From assembly GCA_038106355.1 (NCBI GenBank), contig JAYODQ010000002.1, positions 20,244 to 84,243 of the forward strand: DNA of 64,000 nucleotides. The letters are read 5' to 3'. Source of the stretch: Candidatus Poseidoniales archaeon (lineage in GTDB: Archaea; Thermoplasmatota; Poseidoniia; Poseidoniales; Poseidoniaceae). Positions within the stretch are counted from its first letter, which is position 1, and each line of letters opens with the position of its first letter. Below the pieces are notes generated by a model that worked only from the letters and a program-made list of their open reading frames with translations, was not told where the DNA came from and did not search any database. The position numbers were made by a program, and so were the translations under genes. Positions 49,082 through 59,218 of this stretch are shown piece after piece.

Positions 49082-51079
49082 TCAACCATGTCGCCCAAAA
49101 TGGTGGTCTAGAGCATCAATAGAAAGTTTGAGTGATGTTGGGCGACCATGGACACAGGCCCATGGATTTTGTATTCGTTTCATGTCTTCTAACAATCGTC
49201 TCATCTCAGGTAAAGACAACGGTTCATTCGCTTTTACGGCCCCTCTGCACGCTTGAAGAAATGCAATGTGGTCTTTCAATTTCTCGATGGTTGGGATTGT
49301 TGTTGCGTCCTCGGATAAATCATTGAGAATATCAATAAAAATTTCTTCAAACTTTTCACCTGAAATTGCCATCGGGTAGGCAAGGACGCTCCAAGAACCT
49401 GAGGTATTGGAAAATTCAAAACCGATGGCCTTCAAGGTATCCAAATTCGCCTCCAAATAGGCTTGTTGCCTTGCAGTAAGTTGAATTTCTTGAGCGACGA
49501 TTCGGTGTTGCATTTCCCAATCTTGGTCAAGATACCGAATTCGTTCATATCGAATTCGTTCATGAAGGGCATGTTGGTCAATGAGGAGAAGATCATTTTC
49601 GGATTGAACGAGTATGTACGATTGAGCGAATTGGGCAAGTGGCTCCATTGCGGGTAAGTCATTGTAATTGCCCAATAACACGGGTTCACCTTGGGGGGAT
49701 ATGCTATCTGCTATTGAACCATATCTGTGAAGGTCCCTTTCCTTTGAGGAGAGGGGAGGAGCAACCAACGGCTCACTCGATGATGCGAGTGACGTTTGAG
49801 TGAGCGGAGAAGTGGAGAGGGGGCGTTGGGTGGTTGGGTTTGATTCGACTTGCTTCGAAACATCTCCTCGTAAATTCAACTGTTGTCCAGCAGATTGAAC
49901 CCATGCAGGAGGCGTCGGTTTATTTGTAATGGTAGGTGATTGTGAAATTCCTGCTGCTTGATTCAATGAAGGCTGGCTTGAAAGGAATGTTTTCTGTTGG
50001 TTCTGTGGACCCTTTGATTGAGTATTGATGTGGTCTAAACCAGGAAGTGATGCAGATGCATCTGGTAATGTAGGAATTTCAAGCAATGTATGAGCAATGG
50101 CACGCTCGAGACGCTCTAGAATTCTCCATGAATTTCTCAATCTAACTTCACGTTTTGTTGGATGCACATTGACGTCAACATCGCTTGGTAGACAATGAAG
50201 ATACAAGACAGCGATGGGATGGCGACCTTGCATCAATCGGGTTTTGTATCCTTTTCGAATTGAATTCAAAAATGGTGTTGAGGCTATTGGCCTACCATTG
50301 ATGAGGACATGAATTTCATCACCTTTACCCCTTGTGATTTCAGGCGTGCTAATGTATCCGGACCATTGTTCAGCACCAGGAATACTTTCATCTTCGGCAG
50401 GCGTCCGAAGTGGAACCATTTCGCTGGCTTGGGCACCCAAAATATCGTACAATCGGTCCAAACCGTCTTCATTTCGAGGAATATTGAGTAAAGTCCTATC
50501 ATCACTCGTTAAGACGAATCCAATGGTTGGATTTGCCAATGCATGGCCAACGACTGCGTCAATAATCTTTGCAACTTCTGATTGAGGGCGTTTTTGAAAA
50601 GCAAGCCTGGCAGGAGTGTTCGAAAACAAGTCTCGAACGATAACGGTTGTACCGTTCGGAATCCCTTTCGGTTGAATGTCTCCAATTGTGCCGTAGGACA
50701 TCACTATCGAAGCTCCTTCTGCACCTTCTTTTCTTGATGCGAGTTCCATTTCGGAAACCATTCCGATACTTGCTAACGCTTCTCCTCGAAATCCAAGGGA
50801 AAAAATAGCCTCAAGGTCTGTATGTTGTTGAAGTTTTGAAGTAGCATGTCTTTGGAAAGCAACACGTAAATCTTCATGATGTATACCAGTTCCATTATCA
50901 ATTATCTCTATAGAAGCGAAACCTCCGTTCTGAATGTTAATTGTAATCATCGTACTCTTTGCGTCGATGCTATTTTCGATCAACTCTTTGACGACCTGTG
51001 CTGGCCGTTCCACGACTTCTCCCGCTGCAATGTGGCCAATTGTTTCCTCATCGAGTTGGATAATTCTTGCATCACTCAA
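49082..51079 (-). CDS. mutL: DNA mismatch repair protein MutL
   Basis: IAAGEVVERPAQVVKELIENSIDA, DNGTGI, GFRGEALASI, and C-terminal QSYILVQ...LLLIDQHALHERI. The likely start is TTG 51079, 5 nt after GGAGGTGG, overlapping the mutS stop by 8 nt. The ORF opens at 51175. Confidence 0.92.
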   Translation of the reverse strand: MSDARIIQLDEETIGHIAAGEVVERPAQVVKELIENSIDAKSTMITINIQNGGFASIEIIDNGTGIHHEDLRVAFQRHATSKLQQHTDLEAIFSLGFRGEALASIGMVSEMELASRKEGAEGASIVMSYGTIGDIQPKGIPNGTTVIVRDLFSNTPARLAFQKRPQSEVAKIIDAVVGHALANPTIGFVLTSDDRTLLNIPRNEDGLDRLYDILGAQASEMVPLRTPAEDESIPGAEQWSGYISTPEITRGKGDEIHVLINGRPIASTPFLNSIRKGYKTRLMQGRHPIAVLYLHCLPSDVDVNVHPTKREVRLRNSWRILERLERAIAHTLLEIPTLPDASASLPGLDHINTQSKGPQNQQKTFLSSQPSLNQAAGISQSPTITNKPTPPAWVQSAGQQLNLRGDVSKQVESNPTTQRPLSTSPLTQTSLASSSEPLVAPPLSSKERDLHRYGSIADSISPQGEPVLLGNYNDLPAMEPLAQFAQSYILVQSENDLLLIDQHALHERIRYERIRYLDQDWEMQHRIVAQEIQLTARQQAYLEANLDTLKAIGFEFSNTSGSWSVLAYPMAISGEKFEEIFIDILNDLSEDATTIPTIEKLKDHIAFLQACRGAVKANEPLSLPEMRRLLEDMKRIQNPWACVHGRPTSLKLSIDALDHHFGRHG

Positions 51080-53693
51080 CCGGTCCACCTCCAAGTTGAT
51101 TTGAAATGTCGTAGAGTATTTGCAAGGCATCGAGCGGAGAGAGTTTGTCAACATTGATGGATTGAAGTTGTTCAATCACCTTTTGATTTGGTGATTGAAC
51201 ATCATTTTTTTCTTTTGGTTGGGCGTAAATCCCAAACAAGCTTTTCTGTAAATGGTCCCTTGAAGCAGGAGCATTTTTTTCTCCTGCCCGGGCACCTGAA
51301 GCCTGTTGTTCAAGGAACTTGAGGACGTCAAGGGAGCGCTCAACAACATGTTGGGGGACGCCTGCCAATGCTGCAACTTGAATACCGTATGAATCGTCAC
51401 ATGGACCATCCGCCACGGTATGTAAAAATTCTAATTTCCCCGATGTTTGGGAAACCTGGACATGAATATTCTTGAGACCTGATAGTTCGCCCTCTAACCC
51501 TGTGAGCTGATGATAATGTGTTGCAAACAGTGTTCGAGAACCCAACCGATTTGAAACGTCCTCACAAACGGCCCATGCGAGTGAGAGGCCATCAAATGTT
51601 GAAGTTCCTCGCCCAACTTCATCAAGAAGAATGAGTGAATCGTTCGTTGCGTTTCTGAGAATGTGAGCCACTTCGACCATTTCTACCATGAAGGTTGAAC
51701 GACCTTTCATCAAATCATCACTTGCACCTACTCGAGTAAAAATGCGGTCTACAAGTCCAATCTTTGCCTTCTGTGCTGGAATAAATGAACCTGCTTGGCC
51801 GAGAATACATAACAACGCTACTGTTCTCAAGTAGGTTGATTTTCCACCCATATTTGGCCCAGTCATCAACAGAAAAGGCTGTTTTGCCGTCATCAAGATG
51901 TCATTTGGAACAAATGTAGAGGATTCAAGCACAGGATGACGTGCTTTTGTTATGGAAACGTGTTTCGACGAGGTAATTTCTGGCTGACACCACTGATTCA
52001 ATCTCGCAACAGTTGCAAAACATTGCAAAACATCGATTGAAGCAATTTTTCGTCCAATGTGAGATAACTCGCTTGCAAATTCTCTACAATAAGTTCTCAA
52101 TTCCAAAAATTTTCTGTATTCTAGTTCTTTCAATCGAGTTTCTGCATTCATCAAAATATCGTCTCTTGAAGATAACTCTTCAGTTGTGTATCTTGAACCA
52201 CTCGTCATTTGCTGTTTTCTTCTCCAATGTTGTGGGACTTTACCCTCATGAGTTTTTGTGACTTCAATGTACCAACCAATTTGTCTATTCATCCTCACCT
52301 TCAGTGAGGAAATTTCAAGAGTAGCCCTCAATTCTTTTTCTAATTCATCAAACCAAGTGACTCCTTGCTCAGATTTCATTCGAAGGTCGTCGATTTCTCC
52401 ATCGACTCCTGCCCGAATCAAACCGCCATCTCGAAGTCCTAAAGGAGGTTCATCTTCCAAGACGGCCTTAATTTGCAAGCCCACTTCCTGTAATGAATCC
52501 AACGATTGAGATAAATGGTGAAGGAGTGGGTCTGTTGTTTCTTGGCACCAGGATATCAACGAAGGCATTCGTTCTAAGGCATCCGAGGTCGCAACCAAGT
52601 CCCTTGCATTGGCACGGCCATAGGCAAGTTGGGTCGCTAATCTTTCGATATCCCGAATACCATTCAAAGTGTCTCGAAGTCCATCTAATCGACGACCCGA
52701 TTTTTGAAGAGATAAAACAGCATTTTGTCTTGTTTGAATTGATCCAATATCGGTCAATGGCTGAAGTATCCATTCTCTCAACAGTCTACGCCCCATCGCA
52801 GTTCTACATTTGTTCAATTTTGAGAGCAAACTACCTTCATATTCCCCCGATAATGTCGATGACAATTCTAAATTTCTCAAAGTCGTCTGATCGAGAATAA
52901 GAAAATTGGATTCTGAGCGTATGGTAAATTCAGAAAAAGACAATTGGTCGGTCACATGAAGAAAAGCAAGGTAATCCGCACCCAATCCAACCGCAGAACC
53001 AAGTGCTTGATGAGAATCGATGTCGATTTGACTTACATTTGTTTGTTCTAGAACATCTTGAAGTCGTTTCTTTCCGATATTTGGAGCGATGAAATGAGTG
53101 CTCATGACACAATTATCCAAGTTTTGAGCAATTTTCAAAACCAAAGGATGCGATGCATCTTTCGTAGAAACGACCAATTCACTTGGTTCCCAAGTCATGC
53201 AATCATCAATGAGTTGTCCAATATCAGCAACAGTGTACGTACTCCCCCAAATTTGACCGGTAGATGCATCAAACATGGCAAGTCCAAGATTTGCGTCCTC
53301 AAAAGATACAGAAAGTAATACAGAACGTTCATTTTGTTGCAAGAGACCTTCTTCGTATAAAGTCCCGGGGGTGTACACCCTTGTGACCACACGTTCGAGA
53401 ATTTTTGCACCATCCCTCAAATCTTCTTCTTGTTCTGCGATGGTGACTTTGTAGCCTGCGTGAAGCATTTTTTTCAGATGTTCCTGCAAGGCGTGCCACG
53501 GAAATCCGGCCATAGGAATCGGCGTTTCAGCATGTTTATCTCTTGAGGTAAGTGCAAGACCAAGGACATCAGAAGCGATTTGAGCATCTTCAAAAAACAA
53601 TTCATAAAAATCCCCCATTCGGAAGAATAAAATTGTATCTTTATGCGCTTCTTTAATTTCGGCAAATTGGTCCATCATCCCCCTTTTTGCCAT
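51072..53693 (-). CDS. mutS: DNA mismatch repair protein MutS (bacterial MutS1 type)
   Basis: MMDQFAEIKEAHKDTILFFRMGDFYELFFEDA (mismatch-binding Phe motif), Walker A LMTGPNMGGKSTYLR, LILLDEVGRGTST, FATHYHQL. ATG 53693; the ORF opens at TTG 53702. Confidence 0.95.
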   Translation of the reverse strand: MAKRGMMDQFAEIKEAHKDTILFFRMGDFYELFFEDAQIASDVLGLALTSRDKHAETPIPMAGFPWHALQEHLKKMLHAGYKVTIAEQEEDLRDGAKILERVVTRVYTPGTLYEEGLLQQNERSVLLSVSFEDANLGLAMFDASTGQIWGSTYTVADIGQLIDDCMTWEPSELVVSTKDASHPLVLKIAQNLDNCVMSTHFIAPNIGKKRLQDVLEQTNVSQIDIDSHQALGSAVGLGADYLAFLHVTDQLSFSEFTIRSESNFLILDQTTLRNLELSSTLSGEYEGSLLSKLNKCRTAMGRRLLREWILQPLTDIGSIQTRQNAVLSLQKSGRRLDGLRDTLNGIRDIERLATQLAYGRANARDLVATSDALERMPSLISWCQETTDPLLHHLSQSLDSLQEVGLQIKAVLEDEPPLGLRDGGLIRAGVDGEIDDLRMKSEQGVTWFDELEKELRATLEISSLKVRMNRQIGWYIEVTKTHEGKVPQHWRRKQQMTSGSRYTTEELSSRDDILMNAETRLKELEYRKFLELRTYCREFASELSHIGRKIASIDVLQCFATVARLNQWCQPEITSSKHVSITKARHPVLESSTFVPNDILMTAKQPFLLMTGPNMGGKSTYLRTVALLCILGQAGSFIPAQKAKIGLVDRIFTRVGASDDLMKGRSTFMVEMVEVAHILRNATNDSLILLDEVGRGTSTFDGLSLAWAVCEDVSNRLGSRTLFATHYHQLTGLEGELSGLKNIHVQVSQTSGKLEFLHTVADGPCDDSYGIQVAALAGVPQHVVERSLDVLKFLEQQASGARAGEKNAPASRDHLQKSLFGIYAQPKEKNDVQSPNQKVIEQLQSINVDKLSPLDALQILYDISNQLGGGPVE
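51085..51092 (-). promoter_or_regulatory. Shine-Dalgarno site (GGAGGTGG) for mutL, embedded in the mutS 3' end
   Basis: The minus strand reads GGAGGTGG, then ACCGG, then TTG (51079). This supports translational coupling of mutS to mutL. Confidence 0.6.
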
Positions 53694-53794
53694 TGATACC
53701 AAACCCAGATTTGCCGTGCAAGTTTTCGCTCATCGACGATAGCACATGAAGATTCTTCATTCTTCGAATGGGAAGAATCCATTGTTGTTCCGAC

Positions 53795-55048
53795 TCAATA
53801 TTTTTTCCAAATTGATGCAATGTTCCAAAACATGACGCCAAAAATAATGGTACCTATGAACATGAAACTTGCGTTGAGAAAACCTCGTCCGCTTTGCAAT
53901 GAGCCATCCAATGTTGTGTCAAAAGAAAACACCATTTGTTCACCAACTTGGTCCTGTCCATAGATGTAGATCATGTCGTTTGAAAAGCCGGACACAACAG
54001 GTTGGAGGGGTAATTTCATTGACAATTGCCTCATCGATATTCCATTTTCAGTAAGTATTGCAGCTTGTTTCATTCCAATGTCATTGAAAAACCACACCTT
54101 CTGTCCATTCGAGATTGAAGTGGCAGAACTTAATTCAAAGGTGTCTATATTTTCCACGTCCTTAATGATGAGTACTTGTTTGGTTCCAGCAGCAACGATT
54201 GACCCGTTGGATAACACATGAACGCTATGTGTTTGGCCGTCCGCGAAGGTTTCCTTCGAAATCATGACGGGGGTATCCATTGACCCATCCCACCTGACAA
54301 AGCCGACAGACATGTAGGTCGTTGGTGAATTTGGATTCGAAACTCCGCTTGCGAGGTGGACACCATTGAGAACCCAAATATCCGAATGAAGGTGTTCGAT
54401 TGAGATCCAGTCATCTTGTGATGATGCTACCATCGGGTTTGTTAGTGTCAGTCCATCACTTGTTACACCTCGAACGGTTTTTTCTCCGTTTTCATAGACC
54501 AACAAGAGTGTTTGGCCAGATGAATGAATTTGAGCATCCAAAATTGAAAAATCAACAACAAAATCATCTGAAAAATCAAAGTGTTCTACTGTTTTTGCTG
54601 TCGCAAAAGAAAGTGTATTATCCCTTGCTGAAAATGCAACAGAGCCATCGTTCATCTGTTTGAGGAAGGAAAGATGAGTGCTCTGCCCAACGTTGTTTGG
54701 GTTGAGTAAAATCTCACTCTGTCCGTCCGGCGTTTCCCATATCAATGCATATCCGAATTCTGCTTTGTAGGTGTGCGTCACGATGTCACCGTTGTTTGTG
54801 TGAACGACGTCGAGAACTTGATGTCCAGAAAAGGCATGCTGCGATTCATCAACTGCACCTCCGGAGTAATGACTGGTTACGGAAATTGCGTAGGCCCCTG
54901 CTAGAACGAAGAGAAAAAACACAAACAATGAAAGCCACTGATGCTCAGATTCTTGGCGGAGAAAATTTCTCAATTTCTCCACCATGCCTTTAGGCAGAAT
55001 CTTTGAGTCCATGAATGCTTTGATTTGAATCATCCAAATTTTCAACAA
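53795..55048 (-). CDS. Hypothetical doubly anchored extracytoplasmic protein
   Basis: 417 aa with an N-terminal TM helix (WLSLFVFFLFVLAGAYAISV), a beta-rich middle, and a C-terminal TM helix plus short basic tail (FMFIGTIIFGVMFWNIASIWKKY). No family recognised. Confidence 0.55.
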   Translation of the reverse strand: MLKIWMIQIKAFMDSKILPKGMVEKLRNFLRQESEHQWLSLFVFFLFVLAGAYAISVTSHYSGGAVDESQHAFSGHQVLDVVHTNNGDIVTHTYKAEFGYALIWETPDGQSEILLNPNNVGQSTHLSFLKQMNDGSVAFSARDNTLSFATAKTVEHFDFSDDFVVDFSILDAQIHSSGQTLLLVYENGEKTVRGVTSDGLTLTNPMVASSQDDWISIEHLHSDIWVLNGVHLASGVSNPNSPTTYMSVGFVRWDGSMDTPVMISKETFADGQTHSVHVLSNGSIVAAGTKQVLIIKDVENIDTFELSSATSISNGQKVWFFNDIGMKQAAILTENGISMRQLSMKLPLQPVVSGFSNDMIYIYGQDQVGEQMVFSFDTTLDGSLQSGRGFLNASFMFIGTIIFGVMFWNIASIWKKY

Positions 55049-55119
55049 TCATTCCTCTGAATTCGTATCGTAGGTATCATAAAGGGAACATGAGTCGCAT
55101 GGTTGCAAGAGGTGTGACT

Positions 55120-55659
55120 ATGGCACGAAAACCAGCTTCAATGTATCGACAACTCAAGGGTCCTGCGTATACCCGTCGAAAGTACATGGGTGGTGTACCC
55201 AACAATCGAATTCATCAATTCCATGTAGGAAATCGACGTGCTGCAGAGACAGGTCAATTTCCAATCATCATTGAACTGCGTGCCGATAATGATTGTCAAA
55301 TTCGCCACACTGCTTTAGAGGCAGCTCGTGTTGTTTCAAACTCAACCATCAGAAAGCAAGCAGGCCCACAAGGATATTCACTTCGTATCCACACATTCCC
55401 ACACCATGTGCTGAGAGAAAACAAGCAAGCCACAGGTGCTGGTGCTGACCGTGTATCACAAGGAATGCGATGTGCTTTTGGTAAAAATGTTGGTACAGCT
55501 GCACGAGTTTTCCGTGGACAAAGAATTATCTCAATTCAAGTCAATCCTCAACATTACCTCTCGGCTCGAGATGCTCTACGCAAGGCTGGAATGAAATTCC
55601 CCACGCCATGCACAATTCGCCTCATTCAAGGACATGAGCACCTCAAGGGCTTAATTTGA
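55120..55659 (+). CDS. rpl10e: Ribosomal protein uL16 (L10e)
   Basis: MARKPASMYRQLKGPAYTRRKYMGGVPNNRIHQFHVGN. GAGGTG lies 5 nt before ATG 55120; the ORF opens at 55090. Confidence 0.92.
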   Translation: MARKPASMYRQLKGPAYTRRKYMGGVPNNRIHQFHVGNRRAAETGQFPIIIELRADNDCQIRHTALEAARVVSNSTIRKQAGPQGYSLRIHTFPHHVLRENKQATGAGADRVSQGMRCAFGKNVGTAARVFRGQRIISIQVNPQHYLSARDALRKAGMKFPTPCTIRLIQGHEHLKGLI

Positions 55660-55709
55660 AGAGGTACACGGCCCAAACGGGCTGTTTGTTGCACCGTAGG
55701 TGATTTTGG

Positions 55710-57488
55710 ATGAGAGTTGCAGTTCTAAAGGAAGACAATTGTCAACCAAAGAAGTGCAACGATGAATGCTATGTCTATTGCCCACCTGTTCGAAATGGTC
55801 AAGAATGCATTATCTTGGATGACAAAACTGGAAAGCCACACATTTCCGAATCTCTTTGTATTGGATGTGGCATCTGCATCAACAAATGTCCCCATGATGC
55901 ACTCATTATCGAAAATCTTCCCTCAGAACTTGAAACCGATATGATACATCGATATTCGATGAACGGATTTCGACTTTTTCGACTACCAACCCCAACAAAG
56001 GAAAGTGTTGTTGGTATATTGGGCCCGAATGGGATGGGAAAATCAACTGCAATCAATGTGTTGTCCGGTCGTTTGGTTCCAAATCTAGGGGAGTGGACAA
56101 ACACCGAACCAGAATGGTCCGAAATGATTCGTTCCTTACCAAAAGGCGAACTTAGGGATTTTCTTGGTGAAGTCCAAGGTGAACATGTCAAAATCTCAGT
56201 CAAGCCACAAAATGTTGACAAGTTGCCAAAGCGAATCGAGGGGAAAGTATCGAACCTACTGACTAAAGTTGATGAAAGAGGCGGACGCGAAGAACTATGT
56301 GAAAAATTAGGTATCACACACATTCTTGACCGCACAATGCAACAATTATCCGGAGGGGAATTACAACGGGTAGCTATATGCGCAGCGATGTTACGCGATG
56401 CAGATGTGTATTTTTTCGACGAGCCTTCTTCTTATCTTGATATTCACGAACGTATGAGAATCGTTCGTATTCTTCAAGAGTTAGCGCAAACAAAACGTGT
56501 TCTGGTTATCGAACACGACCTTGCGGTTCTTGATGTTTTGGCGGATCTCGTTCACATTGTGTACGGAAAAAAGGGTGCATTTGGCATCTTTACACCTGCA
56601 CGTTCGACACGGCAAGCCATCAATTCGTATCTCGAAGGTTTCCTTCCAGAGGAAAATGTTCGAATTCGAGACAAACCCATCAAATTCATCAAGCATAGGG
56701 ATAGAACAACCGAAATTGGTTCACCTGTGATACAATGGGGGCAATTGGAAAAAAAACTTGGCAACTTTCACCTCCAATCGGGTGAAGGCCGAGTACACAG
56801 AGCAGAAGTCATCGGCGTTGTGGGTCCGAATGGAACAGGAAAAACAACCATGATCAAAATGCTGGCAAACGAAATTGAGTACGACGAAGGTTGGATTTCA
56901 TCCGATGCGAAAATTTCGTATAAACCTCAACATATTGATGTTGATATCGATGGCTCAGTGCAATTATGGCTTGATACTGAGCTTGGACAAAAATGGAGAA
57001 GTGGAGAATACCATGTCAATGTTATCAAGGCCCTTGGTGTTGATGAACTCCTTCCAAAACGTGTCAAAAAATTATCTGGAGGTGAACGGCAGGCCGTATC
57101 TATTGCGATTTGCCTAGGCAAAGATGCAGATGTGTATCTTCTAGACGAACCAAGCGCCCATTTGGACGCCAACGCTCGAATGGAAGCAGCGAAAGCGATT
57201 CGGAGAACAATGGAATCAAATGAGAAATCTGCCTTTGTCATCGACCACGACGTCTACTTCATCGATATAGTAAGTGATTCATTACTTGTATTCGAAGGTG
57301 AAGGAGGACGAACAGGAATCGCAAACGGACCTTACAATCTTCGAGACGGAATGAATCGATTTTTGTCAAATGTTGATATCACATTCCGACGAGACCACGA
57401 CTCTCGCAGACCTCGCATTAACAAATCCGACAGTCGAAAAGATAGGGAGCAACAATCGATTGGAGATTATTATTCATTTGACTCTTAA
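55710..57488 (+). CDS. abcE1: ABCE1 / RNase L inhibitor-type ribosome recycling ATPase
   Basis: N-terminal Fe-S domain (CQPKKCNDECYVYCP; CIGCGICINKCP) and two ABC cassettes (GPNGMGKST, LSGGELQR; GPNGTGKTT, LSGGERQ). Confidence 0.95.
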   Translation: MRVAVLKEDNCQPKKCNDECYVYCPPVRNGQECIILDDKTGKPHISESLCIGCGICINKCPHDALIIENLPSELETDMIHRYSMNGFRLFRLPTPTKESVVGILGPNGMGKSTAINVLSGRLVPNLGEWTNTEPEWSEMIRSLPKGELRDFLGEVQGEHVKISVKPQNVDKLPKRIEGKVSNLLTKVDERGGREELCEKLGITHILDRTMQQLSGGELQRVAICAAMLRDADVYFFDEPSSYLDIHERMRIVRILQELAQTKRVLVIEHDLAVLDVLADLVHIVYGKKGAFGIFTPARSTRQAINSYLEGFLPEENVRIRDKPIKFIKHRDRTTEIGSPVIQWGQLEKKLGNFHLQSGEGRVHRAEVIGVVGPNGTGKTTMIKMLANEIEYDEGWISSDAKISYKPQHIDVDIDGSVQLWLDTELGQKWRSGEYHVNVIKALGVDELLPKRVKKLSGGERQAVSIAICLGKDADVYLLDEPSAHLDANARMEAAKAIRRTMESNEKSAFVIDHDVYFIDIVSDSLLVFEGEGGRTGIANGPYNLRDGMNRFLSNVDITFRRDHDSRRPRINKSDSRKDREQQSIGDYYSFDS

Positions 57489-59218
57489 TGGAGATGCTCA
57501 TGCCAGTAAATCGACCACCTCAGGGCGGCCACATTGGACGTTCTAGACGTCGATTGTCCTCTTCTTCATTGACCACATTCGAAAGATGCAAAGGACAATG
57601 GTTGCTTAAAACACAAGTCGGCTTACAACAACCCGCTAATCTTCCGATGATTCTGGGGCACGTGATTGAAGATGCTGTTTGCCAATTGTTGATGAGACAT
57701 CCACCATTGTGTACAAGTAAAGAAGAATTGACCACCTGGTGCTATTCAGAAATCGATGCCATCATTGAATTAGCAGTGGAACAATTTGCCAACATGACTG
57801 AAGGGTTACCAAAATTTTCTTTCGATTTTTCATCAAAGGACCTAGACAAAGACGATATCAAACAACGATTGTTGCGAAGCATTCCACTTATTCTTGAAGA
57901 GGTTGAAGATTGTTACGAACAACATGGAGGCCCATTCCTCGAGGGTTTTCGAACGGGTGGAGATGTGTTTGAAGTACCATCTCCGTGCCTTTCCAAGCCT
58001 CCTTTTCACCCATATCCGGAGTATGTTCAATCATCTCAATCCGAATATTTCGGCCAAATGCCAATTTGGCAAGGAAAGGATGACCAAATAACATGGAACG
58101 AAGCATGGGAAATTTCTCGTCCTTGGTTCAAAGATCCTAGGATTTTTCAGCCACAGCGACTTTATCATCCAGATGATTGGGCATCAGGTGAATTGGATAT
58201 AGTCTATCGTTGGTCTGGGGCAATCCACATTATCGATATAAAATCAGGCAATTCAACTTCTCCGTTTTCATCTTCTCTTCAATCTCAACTCGAATTCTAT
58301 GCTTGGCTTTGGTCGGCCTGTTTCGATGGAGAAATCCCTACTCATCTGTCAGGCTGGTATCTTGGAGATGGAAAACATATCGAATACCAAGCATTATCAA
58401 AAGCCGAAATTGAAATGCGAAATACAAGCTATATGGAAACACACCATGAAATGAAAAATCTCGTAGAGGGTATTGTTGAGTTTCCACTTTCAGAGCAATT
58501 ACGATGTGAGGGAATAAAAGCAGGTTGTTCTTGGTGCTCAGCCAGAATCGAGAACGATGTCATGAACTTTAAGAGCAAACATGCAGACATGAACATTCCA
58601 AATTTTGAGTTTTCACCACCATTTCAACAACTATCAACCATACAATCTCGAGTTCATGTACGAGGGAAGTTAACAGGGGGGTGGGGCCCATTACCGAATC
58701 ATTTCGGTGAATATGTGTTAGGTTGTGTATTAGTGGTTGGAGACCAACATGTTGTTGTTGAAGAGAATGAACCAGGATTGTTTTCAAATCTGCACCAATA
58801 TCTTGACCAAGAGGTTGTGATTGAACATGCATCGTCTGGCGTTTGGAGAGATCAGCCTCGGTTGTATTTGGACGAAAAGAGTAAGATTTCACTCCAACAC
58901 GGTGATTTTGATCTTGAGATCACGCGCCTTGGATTGTTGCAGACAAGAGCAAACATCGAAGGGGTCATCCTCTCAGTGCAGCAACAATCTGGAACAAGAT
59001 TGAATGGAAAGCCTTGGACCATGCTTTCTTTTTCGATTTGGGATGGAAAAAATATCGCTGAAATGGTTGCATTCGGTTCATCGATTTCCAATACCTTACT
59101 TGACCTCAACATTGGAGCAATTGTAAAAGTAATGTCAGCAGAAATTGGATGGAGGAATGGGCTTTTGCAATTGCGAATTGACTCTCGCAAAACACGAATT
59201 GAAATTCAATCAAATTGA
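57488..59218 (+). CDS. Cas4/RecB-like PD-(D/E)xK nuclease (Fe-S Cys set) fused to C-terminal OB-fold-like domains, paralogue A
   Basis: LSSSSLTTFERCKGQWLL (N-terminal Cys), ILGHVIEDAV, SGELDIVYRWSGAIHIIDIKSGN (D...D.K), LQSQLEFYAWLW (Q...Y), CEGIKAGCSWC (3 Cys). C-terminal ANIEGVILSVQQQSGTRLNGKPWTMLSFSIWDGKNIAEMVAFG...GAIVKVMSAEI is RPA-like OB. TAATG overlap with the abcE1 stop. Alternative ATG at 57500 (MPVN..., 6 nt after GGAG). Confidence 0.6.
   Translation: MEMLMPVNRPPQGGHIGRSRRRLSSSSLTTFERCKGQWLLKTQVGLQQPANLPMILGHVIEDAVCQLLMRHPPLCTSKEELTTWCYSEIDAIIELAVEQFANMTEGLPKFSFDFSSKDLDKDDIKQRLLRSIPLILEEVEDCYEQHGGPFLEGFRTGGDVFEVPSPCLSKPPFHPYPEYVQSSQSEYFGQMPIWQGKDDQITWNEAWEISRPWFKDPRIFQPQRLYHPDDWASGELDIVYRWSGAIHIIDIKSGNSTSPFSSSLQSQLEFYAWLWSACFDGEIPTHLSGWYLGDGKHIEYQALSKAEIEMRNTSYMETHHEMKNLVEGIVEFPLSEQLRCEGIKAGCSWCSARIENDVMNFKSKHADMNIPNFEFSPPFQQLSTIQSRVHVRGKLTGGWGPLPNHFGEYVLGCVLVVGDQHVVVEENEPGLFSNLHQYLDQEVVIEHASSGVWRDQPRLYLDEKSKISLQHGDFDLEITRLGLLQTRANIEGVILSVQQQSGTRLNGKPWTMLSFSIWDGKNIAEMVAFGSSISNTLLDLNIGAIVKVMSAEIGWRNGLLQLRIDSRKTRIEIQSN

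Noticed and set aside
53751-53779. An 8-bp inverted repeat (GATTCTTC ... GAAGAATC, 13-nt loop) between the 417-aa gene stop and the mutS start, considered as a terminator.
   Set aside because: No oligo-T run follows it on the transcribed (minus) strand. Archaeal termination relies mainly on T-tracts rather than hairpins, and a single short stem could arise by chance.
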